Assembly: GCF_048593235.1 (NCBI RefSeq)
Contig: NC_133622.1
Location: 244,284,055-244,348,054 of the forward strand
Direction: 5' to 3'
Length of the DNA stretch: 64,000 nucleotides
DNA from: Sminthopsis crassicaudata
Lineage: Eukaryota
The notes below the pieces were generated by a model that was given only the letters and a program-made list of their open reading frames with translations, did no database searches and was not told where the DNA came from. Each line of letters begins with the position of its first letter. Position 1 is the stretch's first letter. The position numbers and the translations under genes are program-made. Shown here piece by piece: positions 26,078-38,930 of the stretch.

Positions 26078-26558
26078 TGTGGGAGTTAATGCCCAAAGAG
26101 CTATAAAACTGTGCATATATATCCTTTGATCCAACAGTTCCATTACTGGCTCTATTTCCCAAGGAAATCATAAAGGAGGGAAAAGGACCCACATGTGCAA
26201 AAATATTTGTAGCAGCTCTTTGAGTGTTAGCAAGGAATTGGAAAATGAAGAGATGCCCATAAATTGAGGAATGGTTGAATAAGCTGTGGTACATGAAGAT
26301 AATGGAATATTATTGTTCTATAAAAAATGATGAACTAACTGATTTTAGAAAGGTCTGAAAAGAGTTACATGAATTGATACTAAAAGAAACAAGCAGAACC
26401 AGGAATACATTGTACACAATAACAACAATGATCACCTATAAAAGACTTGGTTTTTCTTAGTGGTTCAGTTATCCAAAGTAATCTCAATAAACTTTGGATA
26501 GAAAAGGCCATCTTGTATTCAGAGAGAGAGAACTATGGAAACTGAATGTAAATCAACA
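26078..26558 (+). mobile_element. L1 ORF2 C-terminal/3' UTR fragment followed by a purine-rich (GGAA-type) tract to ~26658
   Basis: TGCCCAAAGAGCTATAAAACTGTGCAT, GGAAAAGGACCCACATGTGCAAAAATATTTGTAGCAGC, GAATGGTTGAATAAGCTGTGG. Confidence 0.88.
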
Positions 26559-27949
26559 GGGAGGGAGGGAGGGAAGTTGAAAGGGAGGAAGGAAGGAAGG
26601 AAAGGAGGAAGGGAGGAAAGGAGGAAAAGAGGGAGGGAGAGAGGGAAAGAGGGAGAAATTATCTAGAATCACTGATTAGTCAGTTATAAAGCTTTTTCTC
26701 TCTTCTGGGATGCTTATAGGAGCATGTGGCATCTGACTTATATACCCCAAGTAGCCATCAAACTATGCCTGAAGTCAAGATTTCTTTAAATCCCAGGATA
26801 GGGGGTTGGCAAGGTTAATATGTAGCTTCTGGAATAAAAGATTAGTATCAAGAGTGTATTTATTCTGCATGGCATACTAGATATAATGCTTAACTTGGAC
26901 CCTGCAATAGATGGCTTTAAATGCTGCTTCTGTCACCAACTGTGTCACCAGGAATAGGTCATTCAATAGCCCTTTGCCTCAAGTTTCTCAGGGTTAAAAT
27001 AGGAATAACAATACCCATAGTATTTACCTCATATGGTTGTTATTAAGCTTAAATGAAAGAACGCATGAAAAATACTTTGCATGCCTTAGATGACTATGTA
27101 TGTGTGTATGTAATAGATTTTTGGAGAATTAACCATGTGGCTCTCAAAAAGTAATTTAACCCTTTCTAACCTCAGTTTCTTCATCTTTACATTGGGGATT
27201 GGGGGAGAGAGAGAGACAATTGGACTTGATGATTTCTAAGGTACCTTGTAGCTATAACTCTTGATTTTATGAAATGATAACAGTATCTTCTAAAGCTGTT
27301 AAATAAAGGTTAGAAATTATTTGTTCTATTCAAGAATGGTGCATTCAAAGGTACTTTCAGTCTGCTTTTCCTAGGTTGGTATAAAACTCTCATTTTGTTT
27401 AAAACCCTACAGATACTAATTCCCTGGGCTGCCTAAATCCGATAGAAGAAGTCTAAGCTGGGATGCCTATCTGGCACCAAATAGCCTGCTTCCAAGTCAG
27501 AAATAATATTCGGACTCCAAATGGGAGTAAGGCTGTCATATTCATATTAACATAGGGCTTAAAGCTGAAAGGTGGTCTCAGAGATTACTTACTGGAAACC
27601 CATCATTTTCATGTGGAGAAACTAGGGTCAAAAAGAGAAAGTAATTTATTAAAGTTCATCCAAGGAGCAAAAAAGAGAGATGAGGTTTGAATTCAGGTCT
27701 TAAGCATGCAAAGGCAACTTTTAACATTTTTTTATTATGTAATAACTCTTCTCTAACAGGTATATCTGATTAACAGTGGATATGATATACATATCCTATG
27801 ACTATATATGTGATAATACTCCTATTAATGTACTATTATAAGATGTATTATAATGCCCTAATTATGACTTTGCTCTTATAAGGGTACTTAGCACAGTGTA
27901 AATGTGAATTAAATGTACAGTATAGTCAGACTTTTCATTTTGCATCTAT

Positions 27950-28937
27950 ATGTATGTATAGCAAATGGCTACATAATGATCATATGCTATAATAGCCAAC
28001 AGGGAGCAATCAGTCCTACCAAAGGTGAGAAAAAAACATCTGGGCTCTCTAGCCGGCCAATGAAGTGGGCTTCCGAGCTCCAAAATGTTGGGGAGAAGCA
28101 AGGGCACAGTAATAGTGGTATAACAGATTTTTAGGGAAGATTAGTTGGAGAGGAAGAAGTACATAAGTCTAAGAGCCCTTTAAATGGGCGCCACAGTGCA
28201 TCGGGAGATTGAATGGTCCGGAAGTAATTTCTATGGATATTAGGACTGCCTTGTAGGTGGGATCCTGTCTATTTTGAGATAGCTTCCTAATGGGTGACTC
28301 TCTCGCTGATTGGCTGTGTGTGTGACCTCACAGGCCCTATGTAAGCCCACTGCAGGCAGCAGTCGCTCTCTTTAACCTGGCGCTCTTCACCCTGGCTCCC
28401 TAGCCTGGGTGGCCAAGCCAAGATGGGTAGACAAAAAAGGTAAGGGTTTTGGTAATAAACACATGGGTCTTCTGACCAGGTGTTCACTCGGGAACCAACA
28501 AGTCAGGGCATCAGTCAGGGCATTATGTGAGTAGGTATAATAAAGGCTTTTAAGATTACACGTGGCTGTTCTTGAGTGTGCTACTGGTTATTAAGCTATA
28601 GATTCAAGAGATTGTGGCCAGAGACCTTTGAAGGCCTCAGAGGAGGCGAGCTGAGTAGAATTCACACTGCTAAGCACAGTGGTCAAAGGTACTCTGGTGG
28701 GTCTAGGACAGACTAGTAATTGTAACTGCCAGGAGAGCACGTTACACATGGGGGTGTGTAGGGAGATGAGGCACACACAATCCCAATAATGATGCCATTA
28801 CCACAGAGCATCATTATGTAGAGGAGAAGGGAGAAACAGAAAAGGAAAACCTGGATATTGGGGGAAGTGATTAAAACTTGGAACACAAACTTGAAGGGGC
28901 CAGACTTGGTAGGATGGAAAGTATTGGAAGAAGATAT
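27950..28937 (-). pseudogene. Old OR10Q-like pseudogene, 5' half only, split by a solo LTR
   Basis: Degenerate SGP..FVFQV, LCGN, PMYFFLSN*, ICYTT, QMFF, TDC, AYDHYVAIC; start ATG>ATA (28937), TAA at 28143-28141, frameshifts; similarity stops after TM3. Confidence 0.92.
28165..28746 (+). mobile_element. Solo LTR (~580 bp) inside the OR pseudogene
   Basis: Inserted at the MYFF codon region with duplication of (A)CAT on both sides; ends GTTACA; ATTGG (reverse CCAAT) ~28309, TATA-like TATGTAA ~28338, AATAAA ~28454 and ~28539; 5' TG end missing. Confidence 0.82.
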
Positions 28938-29888
28938 CTCACTATCTTCATTGAGCTTCTTTGGTCCCTATGAGCAAAGACATATACCATCCAATGGTAA
29001 GTGTGCTCAAGGGATGACTGTATTGGGACATAAGGGAGTTGCCTCTCAGTAGGATTTTTCTTGTCTACATTTTTCTAAGTTTCAAAGCAATGAGTCTAGA
29101 AGAATTCTTAGGGGATCCACTCAGAAGATCATCTATGAAGAATTGACATTTTCTAGTCTGTTATGTAGAGTGAGACCTCCTCTGTAAAAAAGATTTTTAA
29201 TCTAGTTTTCAAGATACATCTTTCTATTAGTGGTAAGTGAAACTTACCATTTAGCATGGGGACAATATTATCTTTTACTTTGCGGCGTTATTTTGAGGAT
29301 CAAATGAGATATATATATATATATATATATAAGGAGGATTCATCACGTGGAGCATATTCAAAATTGCTCTTGGTTCTAGTTGATTACTTGGAACATTTGG
29401 GGCCTACTTCTGCTCTTATGGTGGTTACACTCTGACAGAACATGGATTTTTTGTGACAACAAACCTATTAAAGTCTTGTTCCAAAAGGTTCAAAAATGTA
29501 TTTCTCTTAATAGAATGTTCTTTATCTCTAGGAATCCAGGAACCAGAATTTCTAGTGTCAGCTTAAGTTGGTATCCAGCTCTAATGAAAGATAAACAGAA
29601 AGCACTGTGGGTCACTTTAAAGGGTTCTAGTCTACTTATTTAAAAAAGTTTTTATTTGAATACACATTTACCTCTCCTAGGTATAGAATCACAGAACAAA
29701 ACAGAACAAAAAACACAACAGTGACATGGATCTAAACAATCAATACGCTAGTTGATATGTATTTATTAAGCACTACATGTGAAACTGAAGAAACTAAGGA
29801 AGTATGAATTGTGGGAAATGATACACTGGAGTTGTACTTTTTAAGGGCTCTATTTCTTAGCAACCATTGAGACTCTTAGCCTCCACCT

Positions 29889-30851
29889 TCACAGATTCTC
29901 AAAGGCTGCCTTCTTACTCATGGCTTTTTTCAGAGCATTTTTGACATCCTTGTTCCTTAATGTATAAATGACAGGATTGAGGAGGGGAGTGACAAAGGTG
30001 TAGACCAAGGCAAGATACCGATCTTCATCTGCAGGAGTGTTTGATGGGGGTCGAAAGTAGACCAAACTGCAGCAGCCATATTGTAGCAGGACCACAGTGA
30101 GATGGGAAGAGCAGGTGGAGAAGGCTCGCTGGCGCCCCTCAGCTGAAGGAATATTCAAGATGGCGATGGTAATGAAGACATAGGAAATGCAGATGAGCAG
30201 GAAGGGGGTGGTCAGCACAAGGATACTTATCACATAAAGGACAGCCTGTGGCACACGAGTGTCAGCACAAGCTAGCTGCAGGACAGGTGGTATATCACAG
30301 AAAAAATGGTTGATCTCCAGGAAGTGTCCACAGAAGGGCAGGGTGAAGACCAATGATGTGAGTGGCAGTGAAAGAAAAAGAGCCAGACCCAGGGGTCCAG
30401 CCACCATTTGGGTACACAGCTGTGGGGTCATGATGAGAGTGTATTGTAGGGGATGGCAGATGGCCACATAGCGGTCATATGCCATGACAGCCAATAGGAA
30501 ACAGTCAGTGCTACCGAGGGTGGCGAAAAAGAACATCTGAGTTGCACAACGAGTCAATGAGATGGGCTTTCTTTCCCCCATGATGTTGGAGAGCATCAGT
30601 GGTACCAAAGTAGTGGTATAACAGATCTCCAGGAAGGACAGGCTGGACAGGAAGAAGTACATGGGAGTTTGCAGGGAGATGTTTGTGTACACAGCCCAGA
30701 TAATGGCAGCATTCCCACAGAGAATCATTACATAGAGAAAAAGGAAGAAGCAGAAGAGGAGAACCTGAATCATGGGGGAAGAGGTGAACACCCTGAATAC
30801 AAACTCAGTGGGACCAGACTGGTTGAGATGAATAGTGGCAGGAACAGACAT
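29889..30851 (-). CDS. OR10Q1: Olfactory receptor OR10Q1-like, intact, 320 aa (copy 3)
   Basis: Real start is the ATG at 30851 (track start is a TTG inside the polypyrimidine tract); acceptor TTTTCTTTGATAG|GTGAC ATG; all OR motifs intact. Confidence 0.94.
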   Translation of the reverse strand: MSVPATIHLNQSGPTEFVFRVFTSSPMIQVLLFCFFLFLYVMILCGNAAIIWAVYTNISLQTPMYFFLSSLSFLEICYTTTLVPLMLSNIMGERKPISLTRCATQMFFFATLGSTDCFLLAVMAYDRYVAICHPLQYTLIMTPQLCTQMVAGPLGLALFLSLPLTSLVFTLPFCGHFLEINHFFCDIPPVLQLACADTRVPQAVLYVISILVLTTPFLLICISYVFITIAILNIPSAEGRQRAFSTCSSHLTVVLLQYGCCSLVYFRPPSNTPADEDRYLALVYTFVTPLLNPVIYTLRNKDVKNALKKAMSKKAAFENL

Positions 30852-33139
30852 GTCACCTATCAAAGAAAAATAGAAAGTCAAGCCAAGTTCCTGAATTTCC
30901 TTGATAAAATCAGCAACTCTTAATGCTATTTCTAAAATCTTAGACTGATAGAATCTTGAAGTTTCAATACATTAAGGATCCTTTGGCAGAAGTATCTTTA
31001 ACTTATTGGTTTTTAATTTCACTATTTCATGGAGTGAGTAAAATTTCATGATCTCTCTGCTGCCATCTTTCTCTATCAGTTTAATAGTGTATATTATTAG
31101 TGCAAAACTTTCTATGCTTACTCTCTCGGCCTTACACTTGAAAAGGCAATTTGAGTCTTGGGCAGCCAATTGGCTAGCATCGTAAGGGTAATCCTGAGTG
31201 TTGTAATTTTTAACATCATTTCTCATGAACTCCCAACATGAGAAATTTTTCAGTATTACTTATTGATGGTTAATTAATTTGCTTTTTCAGAATTATATGT
31301 ATTGAGAAGCTTTAGAAAAGATAGAAATTAGAAAAAATGCTTTTCAAACCTTTCTTCCATGTAATGGAGTCTTAGAAGAGCATAACCTCAAACTTAAAGT
31401 GCTTGATAGGTAATATACCCTTTGAACCTAGGACCATCCTTCCCTAATGCACTCTTGTTCACACACAGAGAGATATATGCATCACACAAACACAAATATC
31501 TACAAGAAAAGCCTCTCCAGAGATAGTCAACTCTAACTTCATTGATGAAGGCAATGAGAAAGTAAATAGAGGCTATAAGGTATAATAGAAGGTACCAAGT
31601 GGTACCTTCAGGGCCTAGAAATCCTTTTCTTTACTGGTACTTCTGGTGATGACATAATCAATGGATCTTGAACATGTTCCCTAGCTCAGTTGGGCCAGCA
31701 TCTTCCAGGGTCAGGTTTATTGGCTGCTGGACCAAAACAGTGCTGGCATTGGCCATAAAAGTCAATTTTTCCTGCTGCCAGATACAGGAGTCTCTGCTAC
31801 TGTCACCAGTAGCTCAAGACACTTTAGATGGTTCTTTGAACTATTTATTTACTTTTATTACTTTTTTCTTCTGATCTTTTGAATTCCACAAGTTTACCAC
31901 TTGGTTCATTCTACCTCCAATTTAACATTCACCTTAGATGAGGAAATAAGAAAGCACAGAAAAGGTACCACAATAAGATCATATGAACATTCTAAGAATT
32001 ATAATATGTAAGAAAAACTCCTATATACAGACTAATGCCATTTGCGGAAGAAAAGACTGAGTTACAAAGACAATTTGTTCCTTTTGTCCTTTGTTCAAGT
32101 GCATTTAATGAGGAAATTCTGGTGGCAGGATTTCAATCTAAGCCTCCAAATTATAAGATGAATAATGTAAACCTCTATTCATTGAGCTAGAAGATGAAGA
32201 CATAGAAAAAGGAGCAAAAGTAGAAGAAGAAGAAAAAAGAATAGGTGGAAAAGGAAGATGGACAAGTGGGGGGAAAGATAGAAGAATAATTGGTAACTAT
32301 ACTCACTGTAGACTCCTCCCAACTGCTTTTCACACTGGAAATTTTGTTCCCAGGAAGTACCTAATATCTTCCCTCCTAAAGTTTCTAGGAATGGCCCTGA
32401 ATGGTTGAATTCTGATAATTTTGTTCTTGAACTACCATCCGCTAGTTTCCCATTGTTAACCAGTCAATTGAAATTGGTGAGGTTTCACAAAATCGTGAGA
32501 AAGAAACAAGAGCAAGCAGAGTAGCTCTAAAATAATATCCACAAGCCAGGGGACATTCTTCCCTTTCATACACACAGTGCTTTTAAGGAGAGTCCAAATT
32601 TAATAATAAAAAAAAGTATTTGTAGTAGTTAGTAGTGCCTTTATAAATATTATCTCCCTTTCTGGCCACAAAATCCTAGGTGCTATTCTTATCTCCATTT
32701 TACAGATGGAAAAAAGAGGCAGGGAGACATTAACTGACTTGCCTGGATCACACACTCAATAAGCATCTTGGTTTGAATTTGCGGTCAGATCTTCCTGCCT
32801 CCAGGTTCAGCACTCCATGCAGTACAACACTTAGGCTTGATACACAGGTAGCCAAGTACACATGGAAAGAACACATGAGACTCTCAGGGAAACCTCAACT
32901 CCTGGCACCAGACTCCTTGTGTCCAATGCCAATCTTTCCAATTCTTGAAGACAACTGTTACATTTAACCAAAGTCATATGTTTTTAGCATATGACTAGGA
33001 AGCAAAGACTTGAGTCTTGGATCTTTTTCTACTTTTTACCAGTTGTCACATTGGACAGTTCTCAATTGTCTAAATAAAATGAGGGGGTTGGAAAAATTGG
33101 TCTCTTTCAGTTTTGGCCCCTTTGATCCTCTGAGGGTAG

Positions 33140-33212
33140 TTAAGTACCGACTTAGCACTTAGTAAGAACCTAATATCTCATTATCTCATTAGCACTTAGT
33201 AAGAACCTAACA
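33140..33212 (-). mobile_element. 73-bp remnant of a solo LTR (same family as 52729-53062)
   Basis: Reverse complement of TGTTAGGTTCTTACTAAGTGCTAATGAG...GTCGGTACTTAA; 6-bp TSD GGGTAG at 33134-33139 and 33213-33218. Confidence 0.88.
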
Positions 33213-34529
33213 GGGTAGAATTTTTTTTTTAACCTAGAAAAGATGGATGATCAGCAACATGTATTTGGAACTAAGTAGATCTCTTTTCAATGATGCAAAC
33301 TCACCCCTTAGGACACATAGATTTGATTTGGCTATTAATATGGAAGACATTTTCATACTCTTAGTCACCAGTAGATTTTATCAACTACTACTTTCTCTAT
33401 TCTCCATATCCAATCATTTCCCATCTCTCCTCATTTATTCTTATATAATATCTATTGCATGTACCCACGTTTTTCTTCAGACACTGCTATCACTCTGCAT
33501 GAATAATGTAAACTTCTACTTCTTGAGCTAGAAGGTGAAGACAGAGAAGAAGGAGCAGAAGTAGAAGGAAAAAAGAATAGATGGAAAAGGAGGATGGAGA
33601 AGTGTGGGGAAAAAGGAAGAATAGTTGTTAACTATGCTCACTGTGGCTCTTTCTCCCAACTGTCCATATGCCTGGAAATTGCAACAGCTTTCGAGCTGGT
33701 TTCCCTGCCACGAGTCTCTCCATTCCAACCCACCCTCCCCTCGGCTTCCTAAAGCACACTTCCAATCATGTCAACTCTTCCCCCCTGCACTCAGTCTACT
33801 CCACTAACTTCCAAAGTCTCCAGAATTCAATATAAAATCTCCTTTTTAAAGTCATTCTTATCTTCATCTCTTCTTACATTTCCAATCTTCTAACCCATTT
33901 TACTCTATCACATATTCTGTGGTGCAATCACATTATTCTCCCATTCCTCCCACAAGACACTCTACCTCCCCACTGAGAGCATTTTTGCTAGCTGTACCCC
34001 AAACTTGAAATGCTCTCCCCCTCCAAACTTCTGCCTCCTGCCTTCTCTGGATTTCATCCCATTAAATAACACTGAAGAACTTGATAACGAAACTTGGCTT
34101 CTACCTCTCACCTCACATGATAAACAATTGGTGTGGAATGAGATATTTCAGGCATATAAAATAAAAGAAAAGGATATTTTGTTTGACTAAACTAAGTTAT
34201 TTCAGGAAGGGTTCTATTGTGGCAAGATAGGAAATCATTGAGAAATGATAGTGATATGTATAAAAAAGGAATAACCTCAACAAAATTCTTTTGAAAGAAA
34301 AGCAGGGTCCCTTAGATGTGGTGCTTGAGATATAAAAGGGAAACTATTTGATTCTATTAGTTATATAGAGAATCAGAGAGAGTCTAAATTTTAAAAAATT
34401 ACACTCCAAAATACTGTCCTGTTTCTTTGATCCTCAGAAGTCCTGGGTCAAAATCCTAAATCTGTTCCTAACTAGGACAAATTACTGCTTCTTTCTGAGC
34501 CCCAATATCTCTTCCTAGGATGAGACATG

Positions 34530-35934
34530 ACAAGATCTGAAGAAAAGATCTAGAAAAAAATTGGACTACTAAAAGCTATGATCAAAGAAAGAACCTTGAT
34601 ATAGTAATACAAAATAATTAAAGAATATTCTCTTGAAGGGATAGAACAACAGGGGAGAGTAGAAATATAAAAAGCCCACCAAATAACCCTTGAAAGAGAT
34701 CTTGCAGGTAAAACATACAGAACATCATAGGTAAATTTTGAAATTCTCAGATCAAAGAGAAAATTTTACAAGGTCTGATAAAAAAATCAAATATACTGGA
34801 GCTATAATTAGACTAACATAAGACCTATATGCAGCTACAATAAAAGACTTCAGGTCCTGGAACACTAGATATTGAACAAGCAAATGAAATAGAGTTGGGG
34901 CCAAAAATATTAACTCCAGAAAAATTATGTATAATACTGAAAAATCAAAATGGGCATTTAGCCAATAGATTTTTCAGGATTTTGTTGCAATCAAATCAGT
35001 ACTCAATAGAAAACTTGACATATAATTGGGCACATTAAAGACTAATTTCAGTGACTCAGTGAAATGTGAAAATGTAAACTATATGAATAAGATTGTCATT
35101 GATAATTGGGTAGTCCAAAAGTAAAGACTGGGGTAGAGCTGAATATGATGTGATTCTAAAAAAAACAAAACCATGTAGAAAAACTGTAATTATGCTAAAT
35201 GCAAGAGCAAAAAAATAGACACAGAGGTATTAAATGAGGGAGGAGGTCTGATAGGTCTGAAATCTTACTGGAATCAGGAATGTGTTAAAGAAAGAAATAT
35301 ATACCTTTTAACACCCTCCCAAAGCTATAAATAAATGAACGAGAGGGAAAAGGATAAAGCAGGGAAGAGAAGGATATGTATTTTATTAGGAGTTGGACAA
35401 AGTGTATATCATTAATGGGAAAAGGGTAAAGAGAAAGGGAAAGGGTAAAGATGGTAGCTAAGGGAGGGATCCTTGAGGTGGTGTCAAGGGGAGGTAAAGT
35501 AATAATAAGGCATGCTAATTAGTGGAAGTAAAGTAGAAGAATTAGCAGAAATAGGAGACAAGAGATAATGCATATATATGTTTATGTATATGTATATGTG
35601 GGCTGATATATATGTATAATTTTGTATGTGCATGTGTATATATGTATGGGTATGTGTATTTGTGTCTACATGAGTGTGTGTCAGCACAAATATATCCATG
35701 ATAAAATTTAGCCTGCTTGAGGGAAATAGGGAGAATAAAAAAGTAAAAAAAGAATAAAATAAAAAAATGCACAGCAGAGAACACAAGAAACCCTAAAAGT
35801 AAGCAAAGGACAGTTCTGAATGCAATATGTTCTTTTATTATATATACTTTCTTGAAATTGACATTTATGTATTTTGAATTCTCTTATATTCTATTGTGTA
35901 CCTGACAATTGTTTCTTTTTTTCTGTTTTTCTTT
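34530..35934 (+). mobile_element. Degraded L1-related element, ORF1-like part running into a 3' tail (HAL1-like)
   Basis: A-rich ORF1-like sequence followed by a marsupial L1/HAL1-type tail without ORF2; absent at homologous sites ~47005 and ~61680; family assignment from memory. Confidence 0.65.
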
Positions 35935-36210
35935 NNNNNNNNNNNNNNNNNNNNNNNNNNNNNNNNNNNNNNNNNNNNNNNNNNNNNNNNNNNNNNNNNN
36001 NNNNNNNNNNNNNNNNNNNNNNNNNNNNNNNNNNNNNNNNNNNNNNNNNNNNNNNNNNNNNNNNNNNNNNNNNNNNNNNNNNNNNNNNNNNNNNNNNNNN
36101 NNNNNNNNNNNNNNNNNNNNNNNNNNNNNNNNNNNNNNNNNNNNNNNNNNNNNNNNNNNNNNNNNNNNNNNNNNNNNNNNNNNNNNNNNNNNNNNNNNNN
36201 NNNNNNNNNT
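35935..36210. other. Assembly gap (N run)
   Basis: 276 N. Confidence 0.99.
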
Positions 36211-38249
36211 TCTAAAATCTTTGGACTTCCTGACCTATATTCCACTGATTTTTTCCTGATGATAAAACAGCAGATTTATCCAAATGCTTGGTGTTTGACA
36301 TGTAGGAAGAATTTAATGAATATATGTTGAACAGAGTTGGACTAAAGTAAGCTTCTGGGTTACAAAGATTCCCTGAGTCTGCATGTGGTGACTTCAAAAG
36401 ACTGTGGAGTCTAGGGGATAATTTTCCTTTGTACTTAAAGCTCCTCAATTTTGGACTTATTGAAGATTAGGAAGTCATGCAATTCAATAAACTGATACCC
36501 AGAATATGTCCAAAGACTGTGAGGAAGACCCTTTCTACCTTGGACAGCTCTTCTGTGGAGGATTTTGGTAATGTGATCACAAATGGCTCTATTTTCATCA
36601 GAACGTGTAGAGGGAAATTCCTCCTCAGTGTGAGGGCAGAGTAAAGCACTCTGTGTTTGCAATCAGAGGATAGGAGTTCAAATAAGAGTTCTGCATGATT
36701 TTTCTCATTTGCTAATGAAGGGGCTGGACTAACTGAATTCTTATGTCTCTTAGAGTTCTAAATCTATAATTTTATGATTTTATAAGACAAAAGTTCCTTG
36801 AATTATCTTCTGGACAATGTCCTGGGGACTCTGGTTTTAGACCTCTTTAAGAAAAATCAAAATTTTAACCACCTAATGAATTACAAGTGCCCTCAATCCT
36901 GTCCAAAGGGAATCAGTTTCCTCATTAGTCAAGTTAGGCTTGACTATTCACCTTGCTAGCTTCTTCCAGACGGCTGGATTAAATGTTTACTGGTGCCTGA
37001 GTCTACGTAAAATTGTCACAATTACAATCACAAGAGGATGGAGCTTTTACAGAAGCTCTGTTCCGCCTGAAGAGCTATCCTTTGAGTCCTTAAGAAATGC
37101 TCATTGAATGCCTATTACATGCGGTGTAACATGTGTAGTGCTGCATGAGATGCAGAGGAGCAGATGCAGGTCCCTTCTTAAGGACTGTGAGACATATCTT
37201 GTGTCAACTGGGAGGGACTCTTAGAGGGTAGTGCTGAAAGGAACATAAAACATAACACATGGAATGCATCAGAGTTGGAGTCAGGCCAATGAGCATTTAT
37301 TAAGTGCCTACTGTGTACCAAGAATTGCAGTTTTTGAAGAGTAGCTCACACTTCCACATTTTTATAGATGAAAAATGAGGTCCAGGAAAGACAAGTGATA
37401 TAGCAATTGGGCAGCAAAACTGGGTATAGAACCGAAGGGACTTGAATTACAGTGAAAGGCTCTTTCATTTATACTAGTCACTTCACGGACATATTAGTGA
37501 TTTTCCTAAACGTGAAGATGCAAGATTAGGAAACAGAAAAGAATTTCAGTGTGGCATAGTGGAAATAGCTGAGCCCCATCTTGGACATGGTATAACTGTG
37601 TGACTTCAGGCAATGACTCAATTGTTCTAGACCTCAGTGTTCATTTTTGTAAAATGAAAGAGTGATTACCACTGAGCTTGAAGATATTCCTCACTTCTAA
37701 AGTAACAACAAAAACAACTACCATTTGTATAGATTTTAGGTTTGCAAAATGGTTTGCTTATTTAAATGAGCTTGATTAATAGATGACATCTATGAAATCA
37801 TTACAGAGATTGAGTAGAAGCAGACAGGATAGTTGATGGATCCTTCTAAAAGGATGATACCAGAAAAGCTTAGTCTAGTGGACAGAATCCCAGTTCTGCC
37901 ACTGGAGGATGTTAGTTTCAAGCCTAACCTTGCTAAGGCAAGTCCCTTATCTATACGTCTCTGATTTCTCATAAAATAAAAGACAGATTAGATCTATGAT
38001 TTTTTTTATCTGAACTATTTTTTCACATCTCAATAACATTATTTCAATGTAATTGATTTCTGTTGTATTCCTATTGATCTCATTTGGTGAAATTAATGAT
38101 TTTAAGAAGTCAGAAGTCCATTAGCTTTAGCAGGCTGCCAAAGGGGTCTGTGAACTCCATAGCTACAGAATCTCTAAGGGTACCATCCAGTTTTTTAAAA
38201 AATATGATCGTTATCTAGACAACTAAATGAAAATAAAGAAAAAGGTCAT

Positions 38250-38930
38250 ATTCCTTACCACTATCCAATGCTTCTGACTCCATGAGCCATCTAGCAAAAG
38301 GCTCTGATCCAAAGACTGTCTTGGCCATGCAATGCTTTGACCTCAGTCCTTTCAAAAAATACATTGATATTCTTCAACCTCTTTGTTTTATTTTCAATGG
38401 AATGATGACCCATGACTTTCCAAAGCAATAGAATTTACTGGAAAGGAAAGTGCTTCAGTTCTATGCCTTTGCTTTCTGATTTGATTTCATTCAGAAGACA
38501 AAGAGAGACTTAGGTTCCCTTCATTACATGGTGACCGAAGAAAGTCAACACTTTTAATGAATGGAAGTGATCACGGATATCATAGAGTCTTCCTAGATGC
38601 AGTCTATGCTGTTTCACAACTTAAAAACCCAAATAAGTACAAGTTTTGGTGTGTCCATTCATAGTGTTGCTCTGGCTACTTTGGCAATGTAATTGAGTTT
38701 TTTCTTTGAATAATTTCTCATGGGAATGGTTTGCTGAACTACAGGAATTTTCCCCATGGTCCCTCTAAGAGAATCCCAGGCAAGATTAATGGGCACTGAT
38801 GTGGAAGCACTACTGATATCTAGGGACTAATAGGAGGGAGTCTCATTCTTCTGTCCTCTCCTCCCTTCCATCAGGGGCTTCCCGAGGCCTGTTCCAGTTT
38901 ATCTTAGTAGTGGGTTATCCCAGCCCTGGA
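38250..38930 (-). promoter_or_regulatory. Putative promoter/non-coding 5' exon block for OR copy 3
   Basis: Donor TG|GTAAGG at 38259/38258; TAATTTCTCATGGGAA at 38711; CAAGATTAATGGGCACT at 38781-38797. Confidence 0.62.

Noticed and set aside
30852-30881. 10-aa N-terminal extensions on the 330-aa ORFs (also 41926 and 58928)
   Set aside because: Start at non-ATG codons inside the polypyrimidine tract, upstream of a splice acceptor.
35865-36330. Long ORFs crossing N runs (also 42977-43550, 44805-45175, 47619-47807)
   Set aside because: Artefacts of assembly gaps.
36400-36660. Short ORFs and conserved TTGGACAGCTCTTCT(G/A)TGGAGGA in units 3-5 (also ~47358, ~62177)
   Set aside because: Reading frames are not preserved among paralogs; similarity is explainable by the duplication.
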